Translations under genes and position numbers: made by a program
The notes under the pieces: generated by a model
The model's input: the letters and a program-made list of their open reading frames with translations, nothing else
Databases searched by the model: none
Told to the model about the DNA's origin: nothing
In this document: positions 41,684 through 51,710 of the stretch, in pieces
Position numbering within the stretch: position 1 is the stretch's first letter
How the letters are laid out: every line of letters starts with the position of its first letter
NCBI GenBank assembly: GCA_040377305.1
Contig: JBEIPA010000003.1
Coordinates: forward strand, 188,978 to 252,977
Reading direction: 5' to 3'
Length of the DNA: 64,000 nt
DNA from: Flavobacteriales bacterium
Lineage (GTDB): Bacteria > Bacteroidota > Bacteroidia > Palsa-965

Positions 41684-42439
41684 ATGGAAGGTCACGTTAA
41701 TACAGCAATTGCGAACGGAATAGCACGCGTTACATTTTTTCACCCGCAAAGCAATTCAATGCCTGGACATTTGTTGCGCAAGCTTGCTGAAGAAATTACT
41801 TCTGCCGGAAAGAATGACGATGTAAAAGTTATTGTGATGCAAAGTGAAGGAGAGAAATCGTTCTGCGCAGGAGCTTCTTTTGATGAATTGATTTCCATCA
41901 AGGATTTAGAAACCGGAAAAACTTTCTTCTCTGGTTTTGCTGCGGTGATTAATGCAATTCGAACTGCACCAAAGTTTGTGATTGCACGCGTGCAAGGAAA
42001 AGCAGTTGGAGGTGGAGTAGGACTCGCGTCGGCAGCAGATTATACGATGGCGACTGATACAGCATCAGTGAAACTTTCAGAGCTCGCCGTTGGAATTGGT
42101 CCGTTCGTTGTTGGTCCTGCAGTAGAACGTAAGATCGGAACTTCTGCTTTCACGAATCTCGCCATCAATGCAACGGAATGGCGCGACGCGAAGTGGGCAC
42201 ACCAGAACGGATTGTACACGGATATTTATTCTACGATTGCTGAACTCGATACTGCCGTTGATGCACTCGCAGGACGATTGGCTTCAAGCAATCCGGAAGC
42301 GATGATGATGCTGAAGAAAATTTTCTGGCAGGGAACGGAGAACTGGGATACGCTTTTGGCGGAAAGAGCTGGAATGAGTGGGAAGCTTGTACTCTCCGAA
42401 TTTACGGTCAATGCAATCAACAAATTCAAGGCTAAATGA
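41684..42439 (+). CDS. Enoyl-CoA hydratase/isomerase (methylglutaconyl-CoA hydratase-like)
   Basis: FCAGASFDEL, VQGKAVGGGVGLASAAD, LSELAVGIGP. Confidence 0.92.
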   Translation: MEGHVNTAIANGIARVTFFHPQSNSMPGHLLRKLAEEITSAGKNDDVKVIVMQSEGEKSFCAGASFDELISIKDLETGKTFFSGFAAVINAIRTAPKFVIARVQGKAVGGGVGLASAADYTMATDTASVKLSELAVGIGPFVVGPAVERKIGTSAFTNLAINATEWRDAKWAHQNGLYTDIYSTIAELDTAVDALAGRLASSNPEAMMMLKKIFWQGTENWDTLLAERAGMSGKLVLSEFTVNAINKFKAK

Positions 42440-42537
42440 TTCGACAATTCGAAGATTTGAAAATTCGAATATTCAGTTAGTATTAGCAGCGCGTAAATAA
42501 CACATTTTCGAATCTTCGAATTTTCAAATCTTCAAAT
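42438..42537. repeat. Octamer tandem tract (ATTCGAAG/ATTTGAAA) with reverse-complement partner
   Basis: gattcgacaattcgaagatttgaaaattcgaata ... ttttcgaatcttcgaattttcaaatcttcaaat; half copy at 31335-31365. Confidence 0.7.
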
Positions 42538-42538
42538 G

Positions 42539-43843
42539 TTAGAGGGTCTTGAGCAACTCCGTTGCTGCTGCCGCGTGTTTGCCTTTCTTCGTCTCAATCG
42601 CTTTCAACAAAACCTTTGCTTCGTCTTTGCGATTTGCTTTGATCAACGCTTTCGCCTTCTGGAATTCTGCATCTTCAAAGCGGACATGATTTTTATTCGT
42701 CAACACTTTGTCGAACATCACAATTGCGTTTGATGTTTGTCCTGCATTGAGAAGATTCACACCATTCTGGTAAGAAAGCTCGAGTTGATCTATAGCGACA
42801 ATACTATCCTGGGATGCAATCGTCGTAGTTTCTGATAGCAATACTGCATTCGAATCAGCAGGCGCAACGTCAGTTGGTATATCAAAAACACCACCCGATG
42901 CTCCTGCTGCTTGTGGTGCCTGTGGTTGCGTATTCGTGTTTCCAACGACAACCGGGTTATTTACCGCAGGTGCATTTTGATTAACATCATCGCGGTTGTT
43001 ATCCACGTAACCGTCCTGCTTGGTTCGCGTACTTGTCTCCGCACGTTTTGTTCCGCCCGCTACTCCTGCACCGAAGTCGAACAGTTTATTTTTCTTTTCA
43101 GCTTTTTGTTCTTCTTTCGAGTCGTCAGCTACTTCGGTCTTATCTTTCAGTGTAATTGCTTCCGGTTTGGTCTGAACAACCACGCGACCATCATTATCGC
43201 CTTCCTGCATTTCATCTGCAACTACGCGTTCTTGCTGCAGGAAAATATCTTCTTCTGCTTCGGCTGGTACCGGAGGAGCCAGTGCTTCTTCTGTCGGACC
43301 TGCATTGTTCGCATCAGTAACCGTGACTTTGTAAGATTCTTTTGGTGCATTCAGACTCTTTTTGTCTTGCGCATCAGCAACGGTGTTATCCGGAATTTCT
43401 TCATTCGCTAATGATTTATCAGCGTCTCTATATCCTTCACCCGGTGCAGCCGAAAGTGAATCCATTTGTACTTCTGAATTATATGCCACGTCCTTTGACT
43501 CTGCTTCATCCGAAGAAATAATCTTCAGCATAAAAGTGGAGCCAAGAATAATCACAAGCACTGCAGCAACTGCGTACCAGACTTTCCGATTTGGGTGATG
43601 CAAGGGAACTACTTTTCCTTCCGCAGGAGCAGTATCCGTTTTCAAGGGAGTGGCAAGCATTGAACGATCTTTCACCAATGCTAAACCTTCCACTGCATCT
43701 TCACACATTGCACAATCGGCCATGTGAGTTTCACACGCATGCTGTTCCGCGGCAGAAAGATTTCCGTCTATATAAGCCAGAATCTTTTCCTCGCTTAAGC
43801 AAGGATCAGATGGGAGCTTTCTATATGTGTGCAGATCAGCCAT
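42539..43843 (-). CDS. Zinc-finger (ZAS) anti-sigma factor with TM, acidic linker and C-terminal TPR
   Basis: ETHMADCAMCEDAVEG (HxxxCxxC), one TM; overlaps the sigma factor stop. Confidence 0.85.
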   Translation of the reverse strand: MADLHTYRKLPSDPCLSEEKILAYIDGNLSAAEQHACETHMADCAMCEDAVEGLALVKDRSMLATPLKTDTAPAEGKVVPLHHPNRKVWYAVAAVLVIILGSTFMLKIISSDEAESKDVAYNSEVQMDSLSAAPGEGYRDADKSLANEEIPDNTVADAQDKKSLNAPKESYKVTVTDANNAGPTEEALAPPVPAEAEEDIFLQQERVVADEMQEGDNDGRVVVQTKPEAITLKDKTEVADDSKEEQKAEKKNKLFDFGAGVAGGTKRAETSTRTKQDGYVDNNRDDVNQNAPAVNNPVVVGNTNTQPQAPQAAGASGGVFDIPTDVAPADSNAVLLSETTTIASQDSIVAIDQLELSYQNGVNLLNAGQTSNAIVMFDKVLTNKNHVRFEDAEFQKAKALIKANRKDEAKVLLKAIETKKGKHAAAATELLKTL

Positions 43844-44453
43844 GTTGTTTCTTCGTCATTAGAATTTTCAGATTTCTCTTTCCATTCTGTATGTAACTCT
43901 TCACTTCATTCAATGTGTACCCGGTGAGTGATGTAATTTCCTGGTAACACTTCTTTTCCAGATAGAACAATTCCAGGCAGCGTCGCTGACTTTCGTTCAG
44001 CTCCTGCAGACTTGATTCCATCGTTTGTAGTTGTCGTTCGGTTTCGGTTACACCATCAGGATGCACGACATGGTCTGTTTCCATAACACCCTGAGAATCT
44101 TTTTTCAGCTCCAGATCGCGTGCACGCTGGCTTTTCTGAGAACGGAGATACATGAGGCACTCATTCTTCGCTACGGTGTATAACCAACCCTTAAATTGCT
44201 CGATTTCGTGTCTTCCCAGGTCTTTGAGCAGTTTCTCGAAAACCTTCATCTGTACATCCTGGCTTTCGTCCTGATCTTTCAGGTACTTCATGCACACACC
44301 ATAAACAAGGTGACGATAGCGCGCAAATAGCTCCCCGATACAGAGATTATTCCCTGAATCCCGAAAAAGCTGAACCAGCTCTTCGTCGGTTTTTGACCGG
44401 AGATTTGAGTTGAGTTGTACCACGAACGACGTTAACAAAGATAGACCGTTCAC
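43836..44453 (-). CDS. ECF RNA polymerase sigma factor
   Basis: TDEELV...LFARYRHLVYGVCMKYL...FKGWLY...QRRCLELFY...VKSYIQNGKRNL; start codon uncertain. Confidence 0.93.
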   Translation of the reverse strand: MNGLSLLTSFVVQLNSNLRSKTDEELVQLFRDSGNNLCIGELFARYRHLVYGVCMKYLKDQDESQDVQMKVFEKLLKDLGRHEIEQFKGWLYTVAKNECLMYLRSQKSQRARDLELKKDSQGVMETDHVVHPDGVTETERQLQTMESSLQELNESQRRCLELFYLEKKCYQEITSLTGYTLNEVKSYIQNGKRNLKILMTKKQHG

Positions 44454-44587
44454 AGTTCCCTGTTCCCTGTTCCCGGATTCCAGTTATACAATGTTGTACG
44501 TGAATTGTTCAATTCAACACAATTTCTATTGCGCTGACACGGGCTTAAATCCAATACCGGAAACAGGGAACCGGAAACAGGGAACAA
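44453..44587. repeat. Heptamer (GTTCCCT) inverted tandem element in a divergent promoter region
   Basis: cagttccctgttccctgttcccgg ... ccggaaacagggaaccggaaacagggaac. Confidence 0.75.
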
Positions 44588-44721
44588 TTAGTACTTTTAC
44601 CAGTTATAAAGCCTTGCCATCTGTATCTTGCTGAAGATCAGGAGCCTTAAATTGTTAAACCGACCGTATCCGATTAGCGGCATAATTCGTGCGAATGCAT
44701 GAATGTCCAATACTTATACCT

Positions 44722-47688
44722 ATGAAACGAATACTTACTCTCCTCCTCATCCTCTCTTCGTTTTCGACATTATTCGCACAAAGAGATCTCACAGAACATC
44801 GTCCGGTTTGGTTCGGTGTAAACATGGGTGCAACCTGGCAAACCAGCGATATGAAACCTGTAGGTGGCCTTGGCTGGGGCTTTACAGTTGCACGTTATTC
44901 CCGCATTTCAAATCCATCTCCATTGTATTGGGGATGGCGTTTCCGTTTTCTGGATGGACGCAACTTCGGTTATAACTATCACGCGCTACAAGGGGTGAAC
45001 AATAACCCGGTGTTGTCGCCTTACTCTTCTGGTACTGATCCCGACACAGGATTTGTATACAGCAATTACAAGATGCGTCTCGATGAATTCTCTGGTGAGA
45101 TTATCATCGGTAGTAACACATTACGTAAGCACGGTGTACTTCTATACGGTTGGGGTGGAGTAGGAATGACTTACTGGAAAACCAGCACTGACCTTTATGA
45201 TGTGAGTGGTAATCTGTATGACTACAGCACAATTACCGACAACGGAAATCAAAGTGCAATCGAAACTCAGCTCGATGCCATGTGGGACAATGCTGATTAT
45301 GAAACAGACGCAAACGGAAGTTCAATTGGACAGTGGGGCTTTATGCCATCTGCCGGAATTGGTTTCGGTTACCAGTGGAGCAACTTCTCCATTACGATGG
45401 AACACAAAACCACTTGGGCTCTGAATGATTTAATCGACGGTACAAATCACAACAGTGCCGGTGCTGCAACTGAGCATCTGAATGATATCTATCACTACGA
45501 TGGTTTGTCGTTCAAGTGGAATTTCCACAAGCCTCGTGAGACTACCTATACAAATGATCCTTTGCCTGCGATGCCTGACCAGACACAGTACAATCAGCCA
45601 ACGCAACCGAATACACAACCAATTCCTGTTGATCCAACTCCGCAGCCTGGTTCAACTCCGAACATCCCGGGATTGCAGCCGCCTACAGTAACATTTACTA
45701 CTCCGTCTACTGATCCGTATACAGCGAATACACCGAATCAGAATCTAGTTGTACGTGTAACAAACGTTGCGCAGTCGAGCCAGATTTCATTGCAGATCAA
45801 CAACCAGGTGAGCACAAACTTCAGCTTCAATCCTGTAAATTCTACAATGACTTTCAGTCACACGCTAAACGCAGGAACGAACACATACCGTGTTGTTGCA
45901 ACAAACAGTGTGGGTTCTGCACAAGATGTTCAAACGATCATCTTCAAGCAGGGTGATAATACACCAACCGGAAATCCTCCGACTGTTGTAATCACAACGC
46001 CTTCGTTGAATCCATATTCATCAACTACGCCTACGTACACAATCAATGCTGACGTAACGAACGTTGACAACTCATCACAGATTACCGTGAAACAGGGTAG
46101 CAACTCGATTACCAACTTCACTTACAATACACGTACGAAAGTGGTAACGTTCGCTGCTACATTGGCTAGCGGTAACAATAGTTTCACCATCACTGCAACA
46201 AATCAGTACGGTAATGCATCTGATGCTGTTGTGATCACTTACGGAAACACAAACACGCCTCCGGTGAATCCGCCGCCAGTTGTGTCAATTACAAATCCGA
46301 GCGATTGTCCTTACCAGACAAAAGTGCAGAACCACACCTTGACTGCGAGCATTCAGAATGTAACACAGAAGAGTCAGGTTGCAGTTGTATTCAACGGACA
46401 AACGATTTCGAACTTCACGTTCACTGCACATGGAATGAACGCATCTATTTCGTTCCCGGTTGTGTTGAACTCAGGAGTGAACAACTTCACCGTAACTGGT
46501 ACAAACAGTGTTGGATCGGATGCGAAGTCTTGCGCGATTACGTACAAGCCTTCCAATGCTCCACAGCCACCTGATGTTGAAATCACAACGCCATCGGCAA
46601 CTCCATTCAATGCTTCGGTTCCTGCATTTACACTGAAAGCAACTGTATTGAATGTTGCAAGTTCTGCAGAGATTACAATGACAGGTAATAACGCGGTGAT
46701 CACTGGTTGGTCTTATGACTTGAACTCAAAAGTGTTGACGTACTCAACTACTTTGAATGCCGGAACTATCACGTATGTAATCACTGCTACAAACGCGAAT
46801 GGAACTGACAGCGATAATCAGGTTGTAATTTTCAAACCTTCTGCGCCGGTTGATCCAAATACTGAAGTACCGGTTGATCCAAATCAAGGTGGTGGCGTGT
46901 CACGTCCAGGTGAAACAACTGTAAGCCCTAACGGCAACGTGGGTGGTGGACAGCAAGGCGGTGGACAATCGCGTCCGGGAGAAACAACTGTAAGTCCTAA
47001 TGGAAACGTTGGTGGCGGTCAACAAGGCGGTGGACAATCGCGCCCAGGAGAAACAACTGTAAGTCCTAACGGAAACGTTGGTGGCGGACAGCAAGGCGGA
47101 GGTGGAGACAGACCAAGCGGACCTGCTCCTACAATTGATTTGCACGTTCCTTCTGCGAGTCCGGTTTCTACTGGAACTACAACGTTCAATGTGATCATGA
47201 TTGTTAATGGCGTTAATTCTGCGAGTGATATTACAGTGAAGCTTAACTCCGTTGTTCAGACTTCAGGTATCAGTTACAATGCGTCATCGAAACAACTTGC
47301 ATTCACTGTTACGTTGATCAATGGACAGAACACCATTTCTGTTCGTGCAACCAACGCCAATGGCAATGCAACAAAAAGTTTGATTGTAAACTGTAACGCA
47401 GCGAACAACCGTCAGCAACAATCGAACGATCCTGAACCAGCTCCTGCTCCGAAGAAAGACGAGCCGAAGAAGGATGAGCCGAAGAAAGTCGAGCCGAAAC
47501 CAGCAAAGGCAGAGCCAAAGAAAGACGAGCCTAAGCAGGATCCGAAACCTGCTCCTGCTCCGAAGGATAATCCGAAGCCTGAACCGAAAAAGGAGGAACC
47601 TAAACCTGCACCATCAGGTGGCGGACGTCCTGCTCAACCGGCACCAGCTCCGGCGCCACAACCGGCTCCTGCTCCGAAACCAAGATAG
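44722..47688 (+). CDS. Large envelope protein: N-terminal beta-barrel-like domain, five Ig-like repeats, Gly-rich repeats and a Pro/Lys/Glu tail
   Basis: Signal peptide; PP-x-V-x-IT-x-P...L-x2-G-x-N-x-F-x-I-x-ATN repeats; PKKDEPK tail. Confidence 0.8.
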   Translation: MKRILTLLLILSSFSTLFAQRDLTEHRPVWFGVNMGATWQTSDMKPVGGLGWGFTVARYSRISNPSPLYWGWRFRFLDGRNFGYNYHALQGVNNNPVLSPYSSGTDPDTGFVYSNYKMRLDEFSGEIIIGSNTLRKHGVLLYGWGGVGMTYWKTSTDLYDVSGNLYDYSTITDNGNQSAIETQLDAMWDNADYETDANGSSIGQWGFMPSAGIGFGYQWSNFSITMEHKTTWALNDLIDGTNHNSAGAATEHLNDIYHYDGLSFKWNFHKPRETTYTNDPLPAMPDQTQYNQPTQPNTQPIPVDPTPQPGSTPNIPGLQPPTVTFTTPSTDPYTANTPNQNLVVRVTNVAQSSQISLQINNQVSTNFSFNPVNSTMTFSHTLNAGTNTYRVVATNSVGSAQDVQTIIFKQGDNTPTGNPPTVVITTPSLNPYSSTTPTYTINADVTNVDNSSQITVKQGSNSITNFTYNTRTKVVTFAATLASGNNSFTITATNQYGNASDAVVITYGNTNTPPVNPPPVVSITNPSDCPYQTKVQNHTLTASIQNVTQKSQVAVVFNGQTISNFTFTAHGMNASISFPVVLNSGVNNFTVTGTNSVGSDAKSCAITYKPSNAPQPPDVEITTPSATPFNASVPAFTLKATVLNVASSAEITMTGNNAVITGWSYDLNSKVLTYSTTLNAGTITYVITATNANGTDSDNQVVIFKPSAPVDPNTEVPVDPNQGGGVSRPGETTVSPNGNVGGGQQGGGQSRPGETTVSPNGNVGGGQQGGGQSRPGETTVSPNGNVGGGQQGGGGDRPSGPAPTIDLHVPSASPVSTGTTTFNVIMIVNGVNSASDITVKLNSVVQTSGISYNASSKQLAFTVTLINGQNTISVRATNANGNATKSLIVNCNAANNRQQQSNDPEPAPAPKKDEPKKDEPKKVEPKPAKAEPKKDEPKQDPKPAPAPKDNPKPEPKKEEPKPAPSGGGRPAQPAPAPAPQPAPAPKPR
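46900..47106 (+). repeat. Three in-frame 69-nt coding repeats
   Basis: Units start at 46900, 46969 and 47038 and encode SRPGETTVSPNGNVGGGQQGGG(Q/G). Confidence 0.9.
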
Positions 47689-47792
47689 TCAGCCCTCGGT
47701 ACGACGAGATTAAGGACAAGCAGCTCCGCCGATAGTGTAGTCTACTCGGTCTGACAATACAAGAGGTCGACAACCGTGACTAAATAAAAATG

Positions 47793-47828
47793 AAAGAGGT
47801 GCTTCCCCGAAAGGAGAGCACCTCTTTT
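47793..47828 (+). terminator. Intrinsic terminator
   Basis: AAAGAGGTGCT-N-AGCACCTCTTTT. Confidence 0.8.
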
Positions 47829-48154
47829 GCGTTTCGTCCGCTGCTTTCTATTTCACGATCATGACGAAACACCCGTCCAAGCCTTCAGAACTTTTTAACC
47901 AGAAGAGTTCGTAACATCAATGTGATGCAATGATAGTTGCCGGGAATATCGTAAGTGGTGCAAATTGAATAAGTGTTGGGCTTTACGTTTCCATAGATCC
48001 TTTCTACCAAAAACTCGCGAGGAGAATTGAAACTACAAAGGCGCTAAGCCGCAAAGGCACGCAAAGGGCAACGTTTGTTCGAAATGAGACCACACTTATA
48101 CACACTAACATTTTTAAACACGCAGTATTCGATCTACTGTTCTAAATTAGCAGT

Positions 48155-48907
48155 ATGATTAAAGCTGTAATAGTTGACGATTCTCCGGAAGCACGCGAAA
48201 GCCTGCAAGCAGATATCACGCGTTGGGTTCCGGATGTGCATATTATTGCCACTGCAGGAAGCATGAAAGAAGGTTTAGCAAAACTGAAAGAACTGCAGCC
48301 TGATGTTGTGTTTCTCGATATTCAACTCGGCGACGGCGACGGTTTTTCATTGCTCGAACAACTCGGCACAACTGAAACTCATGTGATCTTCACAACGGGA
48401 TTAGACAGTGAAGGAATTCGTGCGATCAAATTCAGTGCGCTTGATTATCTACTTAAACCAGTTGATCCGGATGAACTGGTTGCAGCAGTTGAAAAACTGA
48501 AAGAAGCGCAGAAGAATCATTCGATCGGCGAGAACATTAAATTACTTGCTGAACATCTGAATGGACATTCTGCAAAGCCTGGAATGCGTCGATTAGCATT
48601 GAACAGCGCCGACAAAGTTCAGGTTGTTCGTGTCGATGAAATTATTCGCTGCGAGTCGGAACGCAACTACACTACATTTTTTCTGAAAGACGGAAAACAA
48701 ATTGTGGTGACACGCACACTGAAAGAATACGAAGAGCTTCTCGAGCCACTCGGATTTGTACGTGTGCATCATTCTCACCTCATTAATCTCGAATTCCTGA
48801 AAGAGTTCATCAAGTCAGACGGAGGTTATGCGCTCATGACCGACAAAGCACAAGTTCCTGTGAGCGTGCGTAAGCGTGATGATTTGATGAAAGCGCTGGG
48901 AATGTAA
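48155..48907 (+). CDS. LytTR family response regulator
   Basis: IVDDS, PDVVFLDIQL, DYLLKP, FVRVHHSHLIN, VPVSVRK. Confidence 0.95.
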   Translation: MIKAVIVDDSPEARESLQADITRWVPDVHIIATAGSMKEGLAKLKELQPDVVFLDIQLGDGDGFSLLEQLGTTETHVIFTTGLDSEGIRAIKFSALDYLLKPVDPDELVAAVEKLKEAQKNHSIGENIKLLAEHLNGHSAKPGMRRLALNSADKVQVVRVDEIIRCESERNYTTFFLKDGKQIVVTRTLKEYEELLEPLGFVRVHHSHLINLEFLKEFIKSDGGYALMTDKAQVPVSVRKRDDLMKALGM

Positions 48908-49154
48908 CCACATAGAATCATAGGAAAGTGCTAAACTTGAAGTGATTCGCTGGCGCGAATCGTACATAGTTCACAAGAGAGTATCGCTTACAGCAATATT
49001 ACTTCACGTGATGTCTGAAATTATTCCCCGCAAACTGAAGATTCATTGGAGCTATTGAACACACGAGAATTGCTCTGCAATTCTCGTTCTCCTGTGAACT
49101 ATGTACGCGCTTTGCGCGCCTTTTTAACACGGACGGGCTATGTTACTATGTGGT
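48907..49154. repeat. ACCACATAG...CTATGTGGT nested palindromic element, long copy
   Basis: Terminal ACCACATAG/CTATGTGGT and inner GTACATAGTTCACA/TGTGAACTATGTAC; fills the gap between convergent stops. Confidence 0.7.
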
Positions 49155-49158
49155 AAAT

Positions 49159-50199
49159 CTACCGAACTGTGATTCTAGCAGCGTTACGTTTTACCAGCGA
49201 GCCGAACGACTGCAGATTCAAGCCTAACTTACTCGCGCGCAGCACAAACTCCGCACTATACTTGCGTTCAACCGCAACTAACAATCCGCCACTCGTCTGC
49301 GGATCGGCAAGAATCGCTTTGCGGTGATCATCTACACCCACAATTCCATCTCCGTAGCTATCCCAATTGCGATTCGTTCCACCCGGAATGCATTTCTGTG
49401 CGATGTATTCATCGAGTCCATCCATCACCGGCACTTTCGCGAATTCAATTTCCGCACTGAGATTACTTCCGTCGACCATTTCGCCGAGATGTCCGAGCAA
49501 TCCAAATCCGGTTACATCGGTCATCGCTTTCACGTAATCAAGCGAGCCGAAAATTTCTCCAGCCTTGTTCAATGCAAGCATGTTGTCAACCGCACGTTGC
49601 AGATCTTCCGGCTTCACGAGCTTTTTCTTTTTCGCCGTGGTGAGAATTCCCACACCAATCGGTTTCGTCAAAAACAATTCGCACCCTTCTGTCGCCGTAG
49701 AATTCTGTTTCAGATTCGTGATCATGACCTCACCAGTCACAGCTAAACCAAAAAGCGGTTCCGGATTATCAATGCTGTGGCCGCCCGCAAGAACAATTCC
49801 TGCTTCTTTGCAAACAGCACGCGCACCTTCAAGAACTCTTCCTGCGAGTTCAATCGGAACTTTGTTGATCGGCCAACCAAGAATCGCAATCGCCAGCAAA
49901 GGTTTTCCACCCATTGCATACACATCACTGATTGCATTCACAGAAGCAATTCTTCCGAAGTCGTATGCATCATCCACAATGGGCATGAAAAAATCCGTTG
50001 TGCTGATGATGGCTTTTCCATTTCCGATATCATACACCGCTGCATCATCTTTCTTGTCGTTACCAACCAAAAGATTCGGTGATGAAACCGGAGCAACGTT
50101 CGATTTGAGAATGGTATCTAAAACAGCCGGAGCAATTTTACATCCGCAGCCAGCGCCGTGGGAGAATTCAGTGAGTAAAATTTCATTCAACTCTTTCAT
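49159..50199 (-). CDS. selD: Selenide, water dikinase (Cys form)
   Basis: [64 protein letters not shown]. Confidence 0.96.
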   Translation of the reverse strand: MKELNEILLTEFSHGAGCGCKIAPAVLDTILKSNVAPVSSPNLLVGNDKKDDAAVYDIGNGKAIISTTDFFMPIVDDAYDFGRIASVNAISDVYAMGGKPLLAIAILGWPINKVPIELAGRVLEGARAVCKEAGIVLAGGHSIDNPEPLFGLAVTGEVMITNLKQNSTATEGCELFLTKPIGVGILTTAKKKKLVKPEDLQRAVDNMLALNKAGEIFGSLDYVKAMTDVTGFGLLGHLGEMVDGSNLSAEIEFAKVPVMDGLDEYIAQKCIPGGTNRNWDSYGDGIVGVDDHRKAILADPQTSGGLLVAVERKYSAEFVLRASKLGLNLQSFGSLVKRNAARITVR

Positions 50200-50201
50200 A
50201 A

Positions 50202-51221
50202 TTACTTCGCTGTATTTAATATGTTCATCGCATTCGCAACAGGATCCCCATCCGCACATTTACACATTACCACATTCGCAAATTTCCTCTGCTCAAGTGG
50301 CCAGTTATACGCTTTATCATAATACCGCAACGCAATTGCCGTAGCCGTCGCAAGATCGCCATTCTCAAATGCTTCTACTGCATTTTTGTAATCGAGTCCG
50401 CCCAAACGTTTTTTGATGCGTTCTGTAGCGGCGAGTAAAAGTTCTTTCGGTGCGCTTGCGTAATCTGTGATCAATCGTTGTACGCGAATATCAAACGGAA
50501 TTTCTACGCGATACACCGGAGCTTCGGTCATCTGCAACCACAATCCTTCCGGAATAAAAACACGACCGATGTGCCGCGATTCATCTTCGAGCCAAATTCT
50601 TTTCGTAAGGTCAAGTGTTTGCATTTCGTCGAACAAAATATTTTCGAACTGCTCAACGGTTGGCTGTTGCTCCATTCCAATTGCGCCAAAAGATGACCCG
50701 CGGTGATTCGCCAATCCTTCCAGGTCGATCACTTGTTCGCCTAATTTTTTCAGTTCGGCGATTATTTCCGTTTTGCCCGAACCGGTTTCTCCACCCACGA
50801 TTTTCAGATCGAGTTTCCTGGAAAACGATTCGCGAACATATTGCCGGTACGCTTTATATCCGCCCCGAAGCAGCCTCGTTTTTATTCCTGCCGTTTCGAA
50901 AAGCTCGGCCATGGAAGAAGAACGGAGTCCACCGCGCCAACAATGGACCAGTAATTCGCCATTTTTGGCTGATTTTAGCGCATTTTCGGCCATTTTCAGC
51001 AAATTCGGCTCAACAAGTTCCAACCCGCGATTCATGGCTGTTTCCGGTCCTTTTTGCTTGTAAAGCGTCCCGATTTCTGCCCGCTCTTCATTGGAAAAAA
51101 CAGGAATGTTCTCCGCATCCGGAATACGGCCATATTCGAACTCCGCCGGAGAACGTACATCCACTATTGGAATCGTTTTCCGGAGGTGCAGGAACTCTTG
51201 GATATCAATTATTTCGGGCAA
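50202..51221 (-). CDS. selU: tRNA 2-selenouridine synthase
   Basis: Rhodanese DVRSPAEF...CWRGGLRS, P-loop [30 protein letters not shown]. Confidence 0.95.
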   Translation of the reverse strand: MPEIIDIQEFLHLRKTIPIVDVRSPAEFEYGRIPDAENIPVFSNEERAEIGTLYKQKGPETAMNRGLELVEPNLLKMAENALKSAKNGELLVHCWRGGLRSSSMAELFETAGIKTRLLRGGYKAYRQYVRESFSRKLDLKIVGGETGSGKTEIIAELKKLGEQVIDLEGLANHRGSSFGAIGMEQQPTVEQFENILFDEMQTLDLTKRIWLEDESRHIGRVFIPEGLWLQMTEAPVYRVEIPFDIRVQRLITDYASAPKELLLAATERIKKRLGGLDYKNAVEAFENGDLATATAIALRYYDKAYNWPLEQRKFANVVMCKCADGDPVANAMNILNTAK

Positions 51222-51259
51222 AATGCAGGAAGGTTAGTTGGTGCAAACCGAATAAATTA

Positions 51260-51267
51260 TATATTTG
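51260..51267 (+). promoter_or_regulatory. Bacteroidota -7 promoter box of rpsT
   Basis: TATATTTG about 20 nt upstream of the ATG. Confidence 0.7.
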
Positions 51268-51286
51268 CACCCTCAAATTTAAAGAA

Positions 51287-51541
51287 ATGGCTAATCATAA
51301 ATCATCTGTTAAGCGTATCCGTTCAAACGACGCGAAGAAGCTGACGAACCGCTATCAGGCGAAATCTACGCGTACTGCGCTTAAATCAATTCGTGCTGAG
51401 AAGGACAAAACGAAAGCAACAGCAGCGCTTCCAAAAGTAACTGCAATGCTTGACAAACTCGCGAAGAAAAGCGTGATCCACAAGAACAAAGCAGCAAACC
51501 TGAAACGCAAACTGTCTAAGGCAGTAGCGAAACTGGCGTAA
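51287..51541 (+). CDS. rpsT: 30S ribosomal protein S20
   Basis: MANHKSSVKRIRSN...LDKLAKKSVIHKNKAANLK, which is the C-terminal part of track ORF 50615-51541. Confidence 0.97.
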   Translation: MANHKSSVKRIRSNDAKKLTNRYQAKSTRTALKSIRAEKDKTKATAALPKVTAMLDKLAKKSVIHKNKAANLKRKLSKAVAKLA

Positions 51542-51580
51542 AAATTATACTTATCCGTTTACAAACGGCTAGGAAGAATG

Positions 51581-51611
51581 AAAGGACTACTTTGGTAGTC
51601 CTTTTTCTTTT
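51581..51611 (+). terminator. Intrinsic terminator after rpsT
   Basis: AAAGGACTAC-TTTG-GTAGTCCTTT followed by a T tract. Confidence 0.82.
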
Positions 51612-51710
51612 GTCGCCCTCGGTACGGCTTAAATTGTTGCGGTAAACGTTATATAGAGGCCTACTCGGTCTGACAAAAGAAAAATATATGAAAGCTAAAT
51701 ACGAATCAAT

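Noticed and set aside
49159-50259. Selenocysteine (UGA) recoding in selD or neighbours
   Set aside because: The SelD active site is encoded as Cys (GAGCGCK), and I saw no gene interrupted by an in-frame TGA.
49565-50344. Long antisense ORFs (also 11672-12439, 8054-8620, 23024-23560)
   Set aside because: They are shadows of well-supported genes on the opposite strand and show no protein motifs.
50615-51286. 308-aa ORF apparently extending ribosomal protein S20
   Set aside because: It is antisense to selU; the true rpsT starts at 51287 after its own promoter box.
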